From: Clostridia bacterium | Lineage (GTDB): Bacteria; Bacillota; Clostridia; UBA1212; DUPL01 | Assembly: GCA_050951325.1 (NCBI GenBank) | Contig: JBMNIW010000012.1 | Location: 672,001 to 736,000 of the forward strand | Direction: 5' to 3' | DNA length: 64,000 nucleotides | Part shown: positions 10,825 through 20,390 of the stretch, one piece after another | Layout: each line of letters starts with the position of its first letter | Numbering within the stretch: position 1 is the first letter of the stretch | Program-made: the position numbers and the translations under genes | The notes under the pieces: generated by a model | Database searches by the model: none | Told to the model about the DNA's origin: nothing | The model's input: only the letters and a program-made list of their open reading frames with translations

Positions 10825-12682
10825 TGAACTTACAGCAAACAAAATAGCAGCAGGAGAAGTAATCGAAAGACCAGCGTCTGTGGTTAAAGAACTTGTGGAA
10901 AACTCAATAGATGCCGGTGCTGACAATATATCCATTGAAATAAAATCCGGTGGGATAAAGTATATAAGGATAACGGACAATGGTCAGGGATTTGAACCTG
11001 ACGATGCGGTGCTAGCCTTTGACAAGCATGCAACAAGCAAGATAAGAGTTGCAGAGGATTTGGAGAATGTAAATACTCTTGGCTTCAGGGGAGAGGCCCT
11101 GCCAAGCATTGCTTCGGTAAGCCGTGTTAAACTTGTAAGTAAAACTGCGGAAGCCCCTGTTGGCGTATGTGTGCACCTGGAAGGTGGAGATCTGATAGAG
11201 GTTAGTGAGATAGGCTGCGCAAAGGGTACCACGTTGGAGGTAATGGATCTTTTCTTCAACACACCTGCCCGATACAAATTCCTAAAAAAGGACCATGTGG
11301 AGGCATCCTACGTAACCGATGCCATTGAAAAGATAGCGCTGGCAAACCCAGATGTGTCTTTCAAACTTGTTTCAAATGGAAAAACCGTTCTACAAACTCC
11401 GGGCAACGGAGATTTGCAAAGCACAATATATGCGATATTCGGCCGTGACGTCGCCACTAAACTGAAAGAGGTAAAGTATGAGGAATCCCATATAAACGTA
11501 AATGGTTATGTGGGGGATATCTCTCTTATGTATTCAAACAGAAACAGGCAGATATTTTTTGTAAACGGCAGATACATAAAGAACAAAACCTTGTCCGCTG
11601 CTTTGGACAAGGCCTACAGCACCCTAGCCATGAAGGGGAAATTTCCTTTTTGCGTATTGTCGGTAAAGATAAATCCAATGCATGTGGATGTGAATGTGCA
11701 TCCTGCCAAGATAGAGGTCAGATTTGACAACGAAGGCCTTGTTTTTGAAGTTATATACAGGGCGGTGACGAGCGCATTGTTTGAAGACAGAAGAAAGTCT
11801 TCAATAGCTACTCCAAAAACCATACAAAACCATACCCAAAGTACGGAAAGGAGTTATGACACCAAACCTGTTACATTTGAGACCTTTGAGCAGTACCTGA
11901 AGATAAAGGAAGAGGAAATTCCTCTGGAGGTTGAAGTTGAAGTTGAAGTGGAAGAAAAAGAAGAGGAAATAAAGGAAGAGGCGGTAGCTGAGCAAATACC
12001 GATAATGCAAAGCGCAGTTGAAGTCGCTAAGGAGACAGTAGTTGCAGAGTCCTTGCCTCAGGAGAATATAATCCAGGAAAGGACGGAGAATAAGAAAAGG
12101 GAGAATGAAGTATTTGAATTTGCCAGAATAATTGGGCAGGTATGGAATGCATACATTTTGTTCGAGCATGAGGGCAAGCTCTACATGATGGATCAGCATG
12201 CTGCTCATGAAAGAATAATGTATGAAGAATTAAGAAGAATAATAAATGGAAGCGAGCCGATGGTACAAATGCTTTTGTCTCCAATAACAATGGAGTTGTC
12301 ACCGTCAGAGTTTCAGACACTAAAAAACAACTTTGACTATTTTGCCAGACTGGGAATGGAAATGGAGGAGTTTGGCACGGCTTCAGTTATCATTAGAACA
12401 CTGCCAACTATTCTGCTTGACGAAAATATACACTCGTTCATCCAGGAAGGTCTCGACAATATTATTTCAGGTGGAGAAACCTCTTTGTACAATGACGAGA
12501 CAATATTCCAAATGGCTTGTAAGGCAGCAGTAAAAGCGAATAAAAGGTTGGACTTAAGGGAGATGGAGGAGCTGATTAGAAGAATGAGCACATTGGATAA
12601 TCCTTTCACCTGTCCGCATGGCAGACCAATTGTTATTGAGATTACGAAATATGAGATAGAGAAAAGGTTCAAGAGAAAATGA
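10802..12682 (+). CDS. mutL: DNA mismatch repair endonuclease MutL
   Basis: IAAGEVIERPASVVKELVENSIDAG, GFRGEAL, DVNVHPAK, DQHAAHER and CPHGRP motifs. Confidence 0.97.
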   Translation: MGKIIVLDELTANKIAAGEVIERPASVVKELVENSIDAGADNISIEIKSGGIKYIRITDNGQGFEPDDAVLAFDKHATSKIRVAEDLENVNTLGFRGEALPSIASVSRVKLVSKTAEAPVGVCVHLEGGDLIEVSEIGCAKGTTLEVMDLFFNTPARYKFLKKDHVEASYVTDAIEKIALANPDVSFKLVSNGKTVLQTPGNGDLQSTIYAIFGRDVATKLKEVKYEESHINVNGYVGDISLMYSNRNRQIFFVNGRYIKNKTLSAALDKAYSTLAMKGKFPFCVLSVKINPMHVDVNVHPAKIEVRFDNEGLVFEVIYRAVTSALFEDRRKSSIATPKTIQNHTQSTERSYDTKPVTFETFEQYLKIKEEEIPLEVEVEVEVEEKEEEIKEEAVAEQIPIMQSAVEVAKETVVAESLPQENIIQERTENKKRENEVFEFARIIGQVWNAYILFEHEGKLYMMDQHAAHERIMYEELRRIINGSEPMVQMLLSPITMELSPSEFQTLKNNFDYFARLGMEMEEFGTASVIIRTLPTILLDENIHSFIQEGLDNIISGGETSLYNDETIFQMACKAAVKANKRLDLREMEELIRRMSTLDNPFTCPHGRPIVIEITKYEIEKRFKRK

Positions 12683-13608
12683 TAAAGGCGATTGTGATTA
12701 CAGGACCGACCGCATCCGGAAAGACGGGCATATCAATAGACTTGGCGGAGAAACTGAATGGGGAGATTGTTTCCTGCGACTCAATGCAGGTGTACAAAGG
12801 CATGGATATAGGGACAGCAAAACCTGTCATTGAGGAAAGGCGTGGAATACCCCATCATATGCTGGATATTGTAGAGCCATATGAAACCTTTGACGCTGCC
12901 ACATACAAGGACATGGCTGTTTGCTGCATAAAAGAAATTGCAAATAGAGGCAGGACTCCTATACTGGTTGGGGGTACTGGATTATATGTTAATTCCCTTG
13001 TTGATAACATACAATATGTAGAATCCGAATCAGATTCTGAACTAAGAAAAGCTTTGTACGATTATGCAAAAAAACACGGAGCCGAAGCACTTCATGCAAA
13101 ATTGAAGGAAATTGACCCAAAGGCTGCGGAAAACATACATGCAAACAATATAAAAAGGGTTGTAAGGGCAATCGAGCTGTCAAAGCTGACAGGTATGACT
13201 CAGGAAGAAAGAAACGCATTGTCAAAAAGCGTCAAAAGCGATATAGAGTATGTAGTATACGCAGTACAAATGGACAGGGAGCTATTGTACAAAAGAATAG
13301 ACGAAAGGGCGGAGAAAATGGTAGAGATGGGCCTGGTTGAAGAAGTAACAGGCATAAGGGAGAAATGCATCGAGGCCTATTTAAAAGGCATAAGCCCCTC
13401 GCCCACACTGAGCAAGACAGCATTGCAGGGAATTGGATACAAGGAGATCCTTGAGTATCTTGATAACAAGTGTACTCTCGAAGAGAGTATTGATAAAATT
13501 AAATTAAATACAAGGAGATATGCAAAAAGACAAATAACCTGGTTCAGAAAACCCAAATGGGTTAACTGGGTAACAATAGAGGAGTTGAAGAATATATATT
13601 CATTATAG
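12679..13608 (+). CDS. miaA: tRNA dimethylallyltransferase
   Basis: GPTASGKT, DSMQVYKGMDIGTAKP, GGTGLY and TRRYAKRQITWFR motifs. Confidence 0.97.
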   Translation: MIKAIVITGPTASGKTGISIDLAEKLNGEIVSCDSMQVYKGMDIGTAKPVIEERRGIPHHMLDIVEPYETFDAATYKDMAVCCIKEIANRGRTPILVGGTGLYVNSLVDNIQYVESESDSELRKALYDYAKKHGAEALHAKLKEIDPKAAENIHANNIKRVVRAIELSKLTGMTQEERNALSKSVKSDIEYVVYAVQMDRELLYKRIDERAEKMVEMGLVEEVTGIREKCIEAYLKGISPSPTLSKTALQGIGYKEILEYLDNKCTLEESIDKIKLNTRRYAKRQITWFRKPKWVNWVTIEELKNIYSL

Positions 13609-14244
13609 CTTTCTGAACACTCCAATAACCTTTCCGAGAATAATCAGCTCATTTACGTAAATCGCCTTCAGATACCTGTTTTCAGGCTGGAGGCGATAAC
13701 AGTTTTCTTCCCTGTAAAAGGTTTTTACTGTGGCCTCGTCCTCAAGAAGAGCTACAACAATATCGCCATCATTTGCAGTGTTCTGTCTTGCTACAAGAAC
13801 CATGTCTCCATCAAGGATGCCTGCTTCGACCATGCTGTCGCCCACAACATTAAGCATGAATGTTTCCTTGCTGCTGGTAAAATCCCGGGGGACAGGAAAT
13901 GTTCTCTCAATATTTTCGACAGCAAGAATTGGCGCGCCAGCAGTAATCTTCCCTATAACTGGAACCTGAACTACAGGTGCGTCAAAATCAATATTCAAAA
14001 AAGGATTCACAACATTTTTGGTACCAGTAAGCCTTATACCTCTTGTTTTTGAATCATCTCTTTCTATGTAACCTTTTCTCTTCAATGCCTCAAGATGTGT
14101 ATATACAGTGGAGGATGATTTCAAGTTGACAGCAGCACAGATTTCTCTAATTGAAGGCGGATAACCGTTATCTCGTATATATGCTTCAATAAAATCCAGA
14201 ATTTCCTGCTGTTTCGGTGTCGGTGTGTTCTTCTTTCTAGCCAT
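13603..14244 (-). CDS. lexA: SOS repressor LexA
   Basis: GYPPSIREI winged helix, TAG.PILA cleavage site, GDSM and ATVK catalytic motifs. Confidence 0.97.
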   Translation of the reverse strand: MARKKNTPTPKQQEILDFIEAYIRDNGYPPSIREICAAVNLKSSSTVYTHLEALKRKGYIERDDSKTRGIRLTGTKNVVNPFLNIDFDAPVVQVPVIGKITAGAPILAVENIERTFPVPRDFTSSKETFMLNVVGDSMVEAGILDGDMVLVARQNTANDGDIVVALLEDEATVKTFYREENCYRLQPENRYLKAIYVNELIILGKVIGVFRKL

Positions 14245-14326
14245 TTAAGCTGAAACCTCCTATTATTTGTTATGAACAGTATAGCATACTAAAATGTTCC
14301 GAGCAAACTTTTTATCGAACAAATAT

Positions 14327-16123
14327 CTACTTTTTACGTTTTTTATCGTTTTTATTTTCGAACAACATGTCAACCATTGCATCTATGGTGTTCCCGGTTT
14401 CCTCAGAATCAACTTTTGAGTCTTCCTTTGAAAACTTCAAACCACTGTTAATATATGCCCTCTTCAAGGTAAACTTCTTTTCACTGTAGCCCGAATCTTC
14501 TTTAGGATATATGTTGGTTGCAGAGAAGGATATGTTATCAAAATCGTCATTCTTTATACTACGTTTCGGTACACTTACGTCAAACATCTCATATACTTTC
14601 TCAAGCTCAGTCTTCTCTTCCTTCTCCTCTATCTCAGGTACTGAAAACTCCAGAATTTCAAGTACATCGTTGTCACCAGCTTGCTCCTCATCAACTTCTT
14701 CAGTATGTATATCCTGAACTTTTTCTTGAACCTCGAGCTGCTCTGTGTTTTCTGTGTTTTGCTCGGACCAATTTGTTGTTTCCATTTCATCCAGCATAGG
14801 GTCAAGATTTTCATCATATTGGTCCGAGTTAGGGATGGCTGGTTCTTTCTCCATATCGTTGTCATTTTCTGTACTGTACAATAGCTGCTCTGTACTTTCT
14901 TTTACATCCACAGACAGTATGGGTCCCCATCTGCCCGGCAGGGTGAAGGAATCATCCAGCTGGATTTCAATATCAGGTTTTGTTTTCAAGGTAGTATGGT
15001 ATTCCTTCAGTGATGCTGGTATGAAGGCAAATGCACCTGTTATACCGAACGATGCAGTTATAGCTATAAAAGGCGTTGCTGCCAGAAAGGTTTTGTTGTC
15101 AAAAGGCATAAAGATATATGCTGTAGTAAGGATTAAAGGATACGTTGCAATCAATACATATTCAATCAAAAGATCCTTCATTGCATTAAATATGCCAGCA
15201 ATAAGGCTGAATATTAAAAGAACAAAGAGTACGGAGGAAATATAGTTGATTGTATCATTACCCGTGTTTATGGAACCGCCCCATATTTCCGTTATCCGTG
15301 AAGAAACCTCGGATATTTTTTCATAAGCACTGCTCCCGGTGACGTTGTTTAATTTAATTACGTCCCAGAAGCTTGTTCCAATCATTTCGTCTACTAAAAG
15401 CGATATTGCTACAACAAGTCCAGAAGTTCCAAAAAAGTACAGGAATCTTAATGCATAGCTGGAGCTTCTAATCCTGTCTATACACTTTAGCAGGTAGAAG
15501 AAGCAAAAAGGAAAAACCATGAGCATGTATGCAAAGTTCAGTGTTGATGCTGAAATAAATGCAATGCTCGCGCAAATAGTTGTCAGAAGTGCAAAGGTTT
15601 TTGAATTGTGCATAAACGAGTAGAGAACCAGCAGAACGGACATTAATATCATTGTTTCGGCTATAAAATATGCAAGATTACCGTTACCAAGATAAACATG
15701 TAAAGGATTCAGAGTCATCAAAAAGACAGTTAAAAGCCCTTCCTTTTCCGTGTAAATGATTTTGGCAATTAAAAACGCAATTAGAGAGCTAATTAGTCCG
15801 GCCGCAATTATACCTAATGTTATTAATGAGACCAGATCTACATTATCTGCATATGAAAGTACAAACAACCTGGCAAGAACCTGAAACGCCAGTATCAGAA
15901 TGAGTAGCAGTGTTGTAGGTACGTTTTGCATGTCGCTGGTGTATCTGCCAAAGTGAGGATTCAACAAAACTAGCAAAAAAGCAAAAATTGTACCGACGGT
16001 CAAGAAAGTGAGCAGTGGGTTGTCCTGCTTTTGAAGACTGCAAGTAAAAATATATGTAGCAGATAAAAGATTTACAAACAAAATGATTCGTACAATGCTC
16101 CGAATGGTGGTCCTTCTGTGCAT
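14327..16123 (-). CDS. Polytopic membrane protein with a long acidic C-terminal tail; function unknown
   Basis: About 370 aa of hydrophobic helices followed by about 220 aa of E/D-rich low-complexity sequence; GGAGG RBS. Confidence 0.7.
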   Translation of the reverse strand: MHRRTTIRSIVRIILFVNLLSATYIFTCSLQKQDNPLLTFLTVGTIFAFLLVLLNPHFGRYTSDMQNVPTTLLLILILAFQVLARLFVLSYADNVDLVSLITLGIIAAGLISSLIAFLIAKIIYTEKEGLLTVFLMTLNPLHVYLGNGNLAYFIAETMILMSVLLVLYSFMHNSKTFALLTTICASIAFISASTLNFAYMLMVFPFCFFYLLKCIDRIRSSSYALRFLYFFGTSGLVVAISLLVDEMIGTSFWDVIKLNNVTGSSAYEKISEVSSRITEIWGGSINTGNDTINYISSVLFVLLIFSLIAGIFNAMKDLLIEYVLIATYPLILTTAYIFMPFDNKTFLAATPFIAITASFGITGAFAFIPASLKEYHTTLKTKPDIEIQLDDSFTLPGRWGPILSVDVKESTEQLLYSTENDNDMEKEPAIPNSDQYDENLDPMLDEMETTNWSEQNTENTEQLEVQEKVQDIHTEEVDEEQAGDNDVLEILEFSVPEIEEKEEKTELEKVYEMFDVSVPKRSIKNDDFDNISFSATNIYPKEDSGYSEKKFTLKRAYINSGLKFSKEDSKVDSEETGNTIDAMVDMLFENKNDKKRKK

Positions 16124-16226
16124 GGTGTCCTCCGTATATGCTTTTTCTTTTGTATATTATTGTTATATTTCCTTCGCATTTGATTATACATTATATTCCC
16201 AATATCAACAAGAAGAATATTAAAGG

Positions 16227-16254
16227 AAAAGGCTGCCCGTTTTCTGGCAGCCTT
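16227..16254 (-). terminator. Rho-independent terminator after oadB/oadG
   Basis: AAGGCTGCC...GGCAGCCTT stem with a short T-run on the minus strand. Confidence 0.7.
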
Positions 16255-16263
16255 GATTCCGAT

Positions 16264-16407
16264 TCAATTTTTTTCTTCGTTTGCTTTCCTGTTCGTTATC
16301 CAGGATAAAAGATGTATGAACAGGTAGATAACCAGCATCACAACGAAGATACCAGTCATTCCCTTAAGCATTATTAGCAAGCCTTCTTTAATCAAATTCC
16401 AATCCAT
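16264..16407 (-). CDS. OadG-like small membrane subunit (47 aa; not in the ORF track)
   Basis: Translated by hand: MDWNLIKEGLLIMLKGMTGIFVVMLVIYLFIHLLSWITNRKANEEKN; GM..IF.V motif; AAGGGA RBS; directly downstream of oadB. Confidence 0.8.
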   Translation of the reverse strand: MDWNLIKEGLLIMLKGMTGIFVVMLVIYLFIHLLSWITNRKANEEKN

Positions 16408-16437
16408 AATATCATCCCTTTCACATTAGCCTACTGT

Positions 16438-17601
16438 CTACAATAGCTGCTTTACCAAGGACAGTATGATTCCTCCTGCAACCACCGATGCAATCTGGCC
16501 TGCAACGTTTGCACCAACCGCATGCATGAGCAGGTGGTTCTGGTTGTCCTCTTTCAATGCCATCTTCTGAATAACTCTAGCCGACATTGGGAATGCCGAT
16601 ATACCTGCAGCACCAACCATTGGGTTGATTTTCTTGCCGTCTTTCAAGAACAGGTTCATGAACTTGGCAAAAAGCACTCCGCCTATTGTATCGAATACAA
16701 AGGCAAAAAGACCGAGCAGCATGATTATAAGTGTATCGATTCTTACAAACTTGTCTGCCTTCATTGTGGATGCTATGGTAAGGCCAAGTAGTATGGTTAT
16801 AAGGTTGGCAAGGCTTGTCTGCGCTGTCTGGCTGAGGTTGTCCAACTTCATGCATTCACGTAGCAAGTTGCCAAACATAAGCATTCCAACCAAAGCAATA
16901 GAGGCTGGAGCAACAAAACCTGCAATTACAGTAACGAATATGGGGAACAGAATCCTTGTAGTTCTGGAAACTGATTTTGGGTTGTATGGCATTCTTATCA
17001 TGCGCTCTTTTTTGGTGGTAACGAGTTTAATAGCAAAAGGCTGAATCGTTGGAACCAGAGCCATATATGAATATGCAGCCACAGCAATTGCACCTACGTA
17101 TTCGCTCTTAAGAACCTGTGATACAAGTATTGAGGTGGGTCCATCAGCTGCGCCGATAATGCCTATGGATGCCGCATCTTTTATATCAAACCCAAACAGA
17201 AGTGCAACCAACAGTGTCAGGAATATACCAAACTGGGCAGCCGCTCCAAAGAACAGCATCTTTGGATTAGAAAGCAGTGGTCCAAAGTCAATCATTGCAC
17301 CTATGCCAATAAACAATAGAATGGGCATGGCTTCGGAAGCGCCGATTCCCACTTCATATAGCCAGTCAAGAATACCGACTACCGGCTCGTCAAGTCCTTC
17401 CATCTGCTGGGTTACCACGCCGCTGAAGGGAATATTTACAAGAATTGCGCCAAATCCCATTGGCATGACTAAAGCGGGCTCGAAATCCCACTTGAGCGCC
17501 AGCCATATTAGCAAGCCTCCAATTACATACATCACCACTTGCTGAGGTGTTACACTTTTAATACTATGAATAAGAAACTCAAAATTCGAAAAAAAACTCA
17601 A
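16438..17601 (-). CDS. oadB: Na+-translocating decarboxylase beta subunit
   Basis: FIGIGAMIDFGPL, IGIIGAADGPT, AYSYMALVP and GISAFPMSAR motifs; TTG start after AAGGAG. Confidence 0.92.
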   Translation of the reverse strand: MSFFSNFEFLIHSIKSVTPQQVVMYVIGGLLIWLALKWDFEPALVMPMGFGAILVNIPFSGVVTQQMEGLDEPVVGILDWLYEVGIGASEAMPILLFIGIGAMIDFGPLLSNPKMLFFGAAAQFGIFLTLLVALLFGFDIKDAASIGIIGAADGPTSILVSQVLKSEYVGAIAVAAYSYMALVPTIQPFAIKLVTTKKERMIRMPYNPKSVSRTTRILFPIFVTVIAGFVAPASIALVGMLMFGNLLRECMKLDNLSQTAQTSLANLITILLGLTIASTMKADKFVRIDTLIIMLLGLFAFVFDTIGGVLFAKFMNLFLKDGKKINPMVGAAGISAFPMSARVIQKMALKEDNQNHLLMHAVGANVAGQIASVVAGGIILSLVKQLL

Positions 17602-17687
17602 ACAGCTTCTCTCCTTTAGCAAATTGGGAACATGAAAAATGCCCTCAAAACATTATATCACAATATGGTTATTGTGCATAAGAATTT

Positions 17688-18110
17688 TTACTCTACATGT
17701 CTTCTCTTTGCAAAGGTCCACACCTTGTTCATGAAATAGTTTAAAATCGTGGTAATGGGAAGCACCAAAAGCTTTGCCCATCTTTCGTCAATACCTATAA
17801 AATCTACACTAAGCATCATAAGAAGCCAAGAGGCAAACATGTACACCAAAAACGTAACAACAAACCTGGGGGCCGACTCCATGGTTTTTACCTTTGAGTC
17901 TTTAAAAACCCAGAACCTGTTCCATAAATAGCTGTTCACACCACCAGCAATGTCGCCTATGGCATTTGCTATCTGAAAATTAATACTAAAATACAGTAAT
18001 ATGCGGTATACAACATATGTTACAGCGGTGTTGAGTATGCCAACCATGCAGAACATAATGAAACGCTTGTACTTTATTAGCATGTCTTTTGCAAACTGAA
18101 ATACTCTCAT
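17688..18110 (-). CDS. GtrA family protein
   Basis: RFIMFCMVGILNTAV, SYLWNRFWVF and NYFMNKVWTF motifs; ATG after GGAGG. Confidence 0.9.
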   Translation of the reverse strand: MRVFQFAKDMLIKYKRFIMFCMVGILNTAVTYVVYRILLYFSINFQIANAIGDIAGGVNSYLWNRFWVFKDSKVKTMESAPRFVVTFLVYMFASWLLMMLSVDFIGIDERWAKLLVLPITTILNYFMNKVWTFAKRRHVE

Positions 18111-18208
18111 AAATACCTCCAGAATTACTCCCATTTATTATACCATGAAAAAGCAAATATTAATATCTTGCCACTAAATTGAAAATAAAGGTAAACAAGT
18201 ATTTATAA

Positions 18209-18237
18209 TTGACACAAGATACAAGAAAGGTTAGAAT
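18209..18237 (+). promoter_or_regulatory. Putative sigma-A promoter
   Basis: TTGACA, 17-bp spacer, TAGAAT, upstream of the oxidoreductase gene. Confidence 0.65.
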
Positions 18238-18280
18238 TATGGTGTTCTGTAAGAATATCTAGGATAAGGGAGTGGTCTAT

Positions 18281-19345
18281 TTGAGCAAGATCAGGGTGGG
18301 GATAATCGGATGCGGCGCTATTGCGCATGCTGCCCATATACCTGCATATTTGAAATGCGAAGATGCAGAAATAGTATACTTCTGCGACATAATAAAGGAA
18401 AGAGCAGAAGAATGTGTTGAAAAATACGGGGTTGGTCAAGCTGTAACGGATTACAAGGTTATTGCACAGGATGAAACCATTGATGCAGTATCTGTTTGCA
18501 CTCCAAACAACATGCACTCGATAATATCCATTGACATGCTGCGTGCAGGAAAGCATGTGCTTTGCGAAAAGCCTGCAGCAAGAACTTATGCGGAAGCTTT
18601 GGAAATGCAAAAGGTGCAGCAAGAGACCAACAAGGTCCTTAACATAGGTGTTGTAAACAGATTCAATGCAAGTGTTAATGAAATCAGGGACCTTATCAAC
18701 AGTGGAAAGCTCGGAGAAGTATATCATGTCTATGTAAGCTTTAGAGCATTCAGAAGCATTCCAGGTCTTGGCGGAGATTTTACAAACAAGGCAGTTGCAG
18801 GCGGAGGAGCATTGATTGACTGGGGCGTGCATTATCTGGACATAGTCATGTACTGTCTGAACGACCCGAAACCGGAAACTGTCAGCGGTCAGGCATATTC
18901 CAAGCTTGGAGTCAACATGAAGGAATATAAATATGAATCAATGTGGGCGGGTCCTCCAAATTATGATGGAGTGTATGATGTGGACGACTTTGTAACGGCG
19001 TTTGTTCGTACTGAAGGACCAACCATATCATTAAATGGTGCCTGGGCTCAGAATATCAGGGAGCAGGACACATATATTGATTTCCTGGGAGACAAGGCAG
19101 GCATAAGACTTCAGTATGGCGGGGACTTCAAGCTTTACTATATCGAAGATGACGAGTTCAAGGTTGCAAGTTCAACGAGAGAACCAGTGAATCATTTTGA
19201 TGCTGAAATAAGAGCGTTTCTGGATTGCATAAAGTCGGGTGAGAAGCTGCCATCCCACATAGATTATGCAATACTGACATCGCAGATTATGCAAGGAATC
19301 TATGATTCTTCCGATCAAAGAAGGGAAGTTTCATTTGTTAAATAA
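18281..19345 (+). CDS. Gfo/Idh/MocA family NAD(P) oxidoreductase
   Basis: GIIGCGAIA, CTPN..H, HVLCEKP and GGGALIDWGVHYLD motifs. Confidence 0.93.
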   Translation: MSKIRVGIIGCGAIAHAAHIPAYLKCEDAEIVYFCDIIKERAEECVEKYGVGQAVTDYKVIAQDETIDAVSVCTPNNMHSIISIDMLRAGKHVLCEKPAARTYAEALEMQKVQQETNKVLNIGVVNRFNASVNEIRDLINSGKLGEVYHVYVSFRAFRSIPGLGGDFTNKAVAGGGALIDWGVHYLDIVMYCLNDPKPETVSGQAYSKLGVNMKEYKYESMWAGPPNYDGVYDVDDFVTAFVRTEGPTISLNGAWAQNIREQDTYIDFLGDKAGIRLQYGGDFKLYYIEDDEFKVASSTREPVNHFDAEIRAFLDCIKSGEKLPSHIDYAILTSQIMQGIYDSSDQRREVSFVK

Positions 19346-19378
19346 ATAATATGACAGACTATTTGAAAGGAGATAAAT

Positions 19379-20251
19379 ATGAGCAAGGCTTTTAAAATTG
19401 GTGTAATTATTGACTCATTCTTAAAACCAACTTTCAGAGAGGGTCTCGAGTCTGCTGTAAAGGTTGGTGCGGAAGGTATTCAAGTATATGCTGTTAGAGG
19501 AGAAATGGCTCCATGGAACCTCAACAAGGAACAGAGAGCAGAAAAGAGAAAGATGGTTGAGGATTTTGGACTCAAGATATCCGCTCTTTGCGGTGACCTT
19601 GGCGGCCATGGGTTCATGAACAAGGAAGAGAATCCTGAGAGAATCGAAAAGTCAAAGCAAATCGTTGACCTGGCATTGGAGCTTGGAACCAATATAATTA
19701 CAACACATATCGGTGTTGTTCCAGAGGACAAGAACGATGACACATACAAGATAATACTTGAAGCATGCTCGGAATTGGCTGAATATGCAAACAGCGTGGG
19801 TGCATACTTTGCAATAGAAACAGGTCCAGAAACCGCTGTTGTTTTGAGGGAATTCCTTGACCAGCTTCCTGGCAAGGGAGTGGCTGTAAACTTTGACCCT
19901 GCAAACCTTGTAATGTGTGTGGATGGAGTGCCTGAGAGGGATGTCAAGACTTTGGGTGACTACATCGTTCATACTCATGCAAAAGACGGCATCATGGTAA
20001 AAGGCAAGGATCCTGCAAAGGTTCAAGAAGTGCTTGATGCCTGCGGTTATGGAGATACTGATTTTACCAATCTTCCATGGATTGAATTGCCTCTTGGATG
20101 CGGTCATGTAGACTTCCCCAAGTATCTCAAAGCTCTTAAGGAAACAGGATTTGACGGTTTCCTGACTATAGAAAGAGAAACAGGTCCTGATCCATTCAAG
20201 GATATTGAGATGGCTGTCAAGTTCCTGAAGGAGCAAATGGCAAACCTTTAA
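19379..20251 (+). CDS. Sugar phosphate isomerase/epimerase-like TIM barrel (AP_endonuc_2 family)
   Basis: AIETGPE, NFDPANL, HTHAKD, LG.G.VDF and TIERE metal-binding motifs. Confidence 0.9.
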   Translation: MSKAFKIGVIIDSFLKPTFREGLESAVKVGAEGIQVYAVRGEMAPWNLNKEQRAEKRKMVEDFGLKISALCGDLGGHGFMNKEENPERIEKSKQIVDLALELGTNIITTHIGVVPEDKNDDTYKIILEACSELAEYANSVGAYFAIETGPETAVVLREFLDQLPGKGVAVNFDPANLVMCVDGVPERDVKTLGDYIVHTHAKDGIMVKGKDPAKVQEVLDACGYGDTDFTNLPWIELPLGCGHVDFPKYLKALKETGFDGFLTIERETGPDPFKDIEMAVKFLKEQMANL

Positions 20252-20264
20252 GATTTGAACTTAT

Positions 20265-20298
20265 TAACTCAGAGACTATAAGTCTTTGAGTTATTTTT
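20265..20298 (+). terminator. Rho-independent terminator
   Basis: TAACTCAGAGACT-ATA-AGTCTTTGAGTTA followed by TTTTT. Confidence 0.75.
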
Positions 20299-20390
20299 AA
20301 ATTTATTGAACATATATTTACTAAAATGCATCTTTGTGATATATTAGACAAAAGTAAAGAGTGCCTAATATAATGACAGGAGGTAGTATT

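Noticed and set aside
11925-11980. GAAGTT repeats in mutL as a contingency locus
   Set aside because: A short in-frame EVEVEV run in the variable linker; a length change would not shift the frame
14270-14330. LexA (SOS) box upstream of lexA
   Set aside because: Only half-sites (ATGTTCCG, CGAACAAAT) are present; there is no complete GAAC-N4-GTTC, so it is not called
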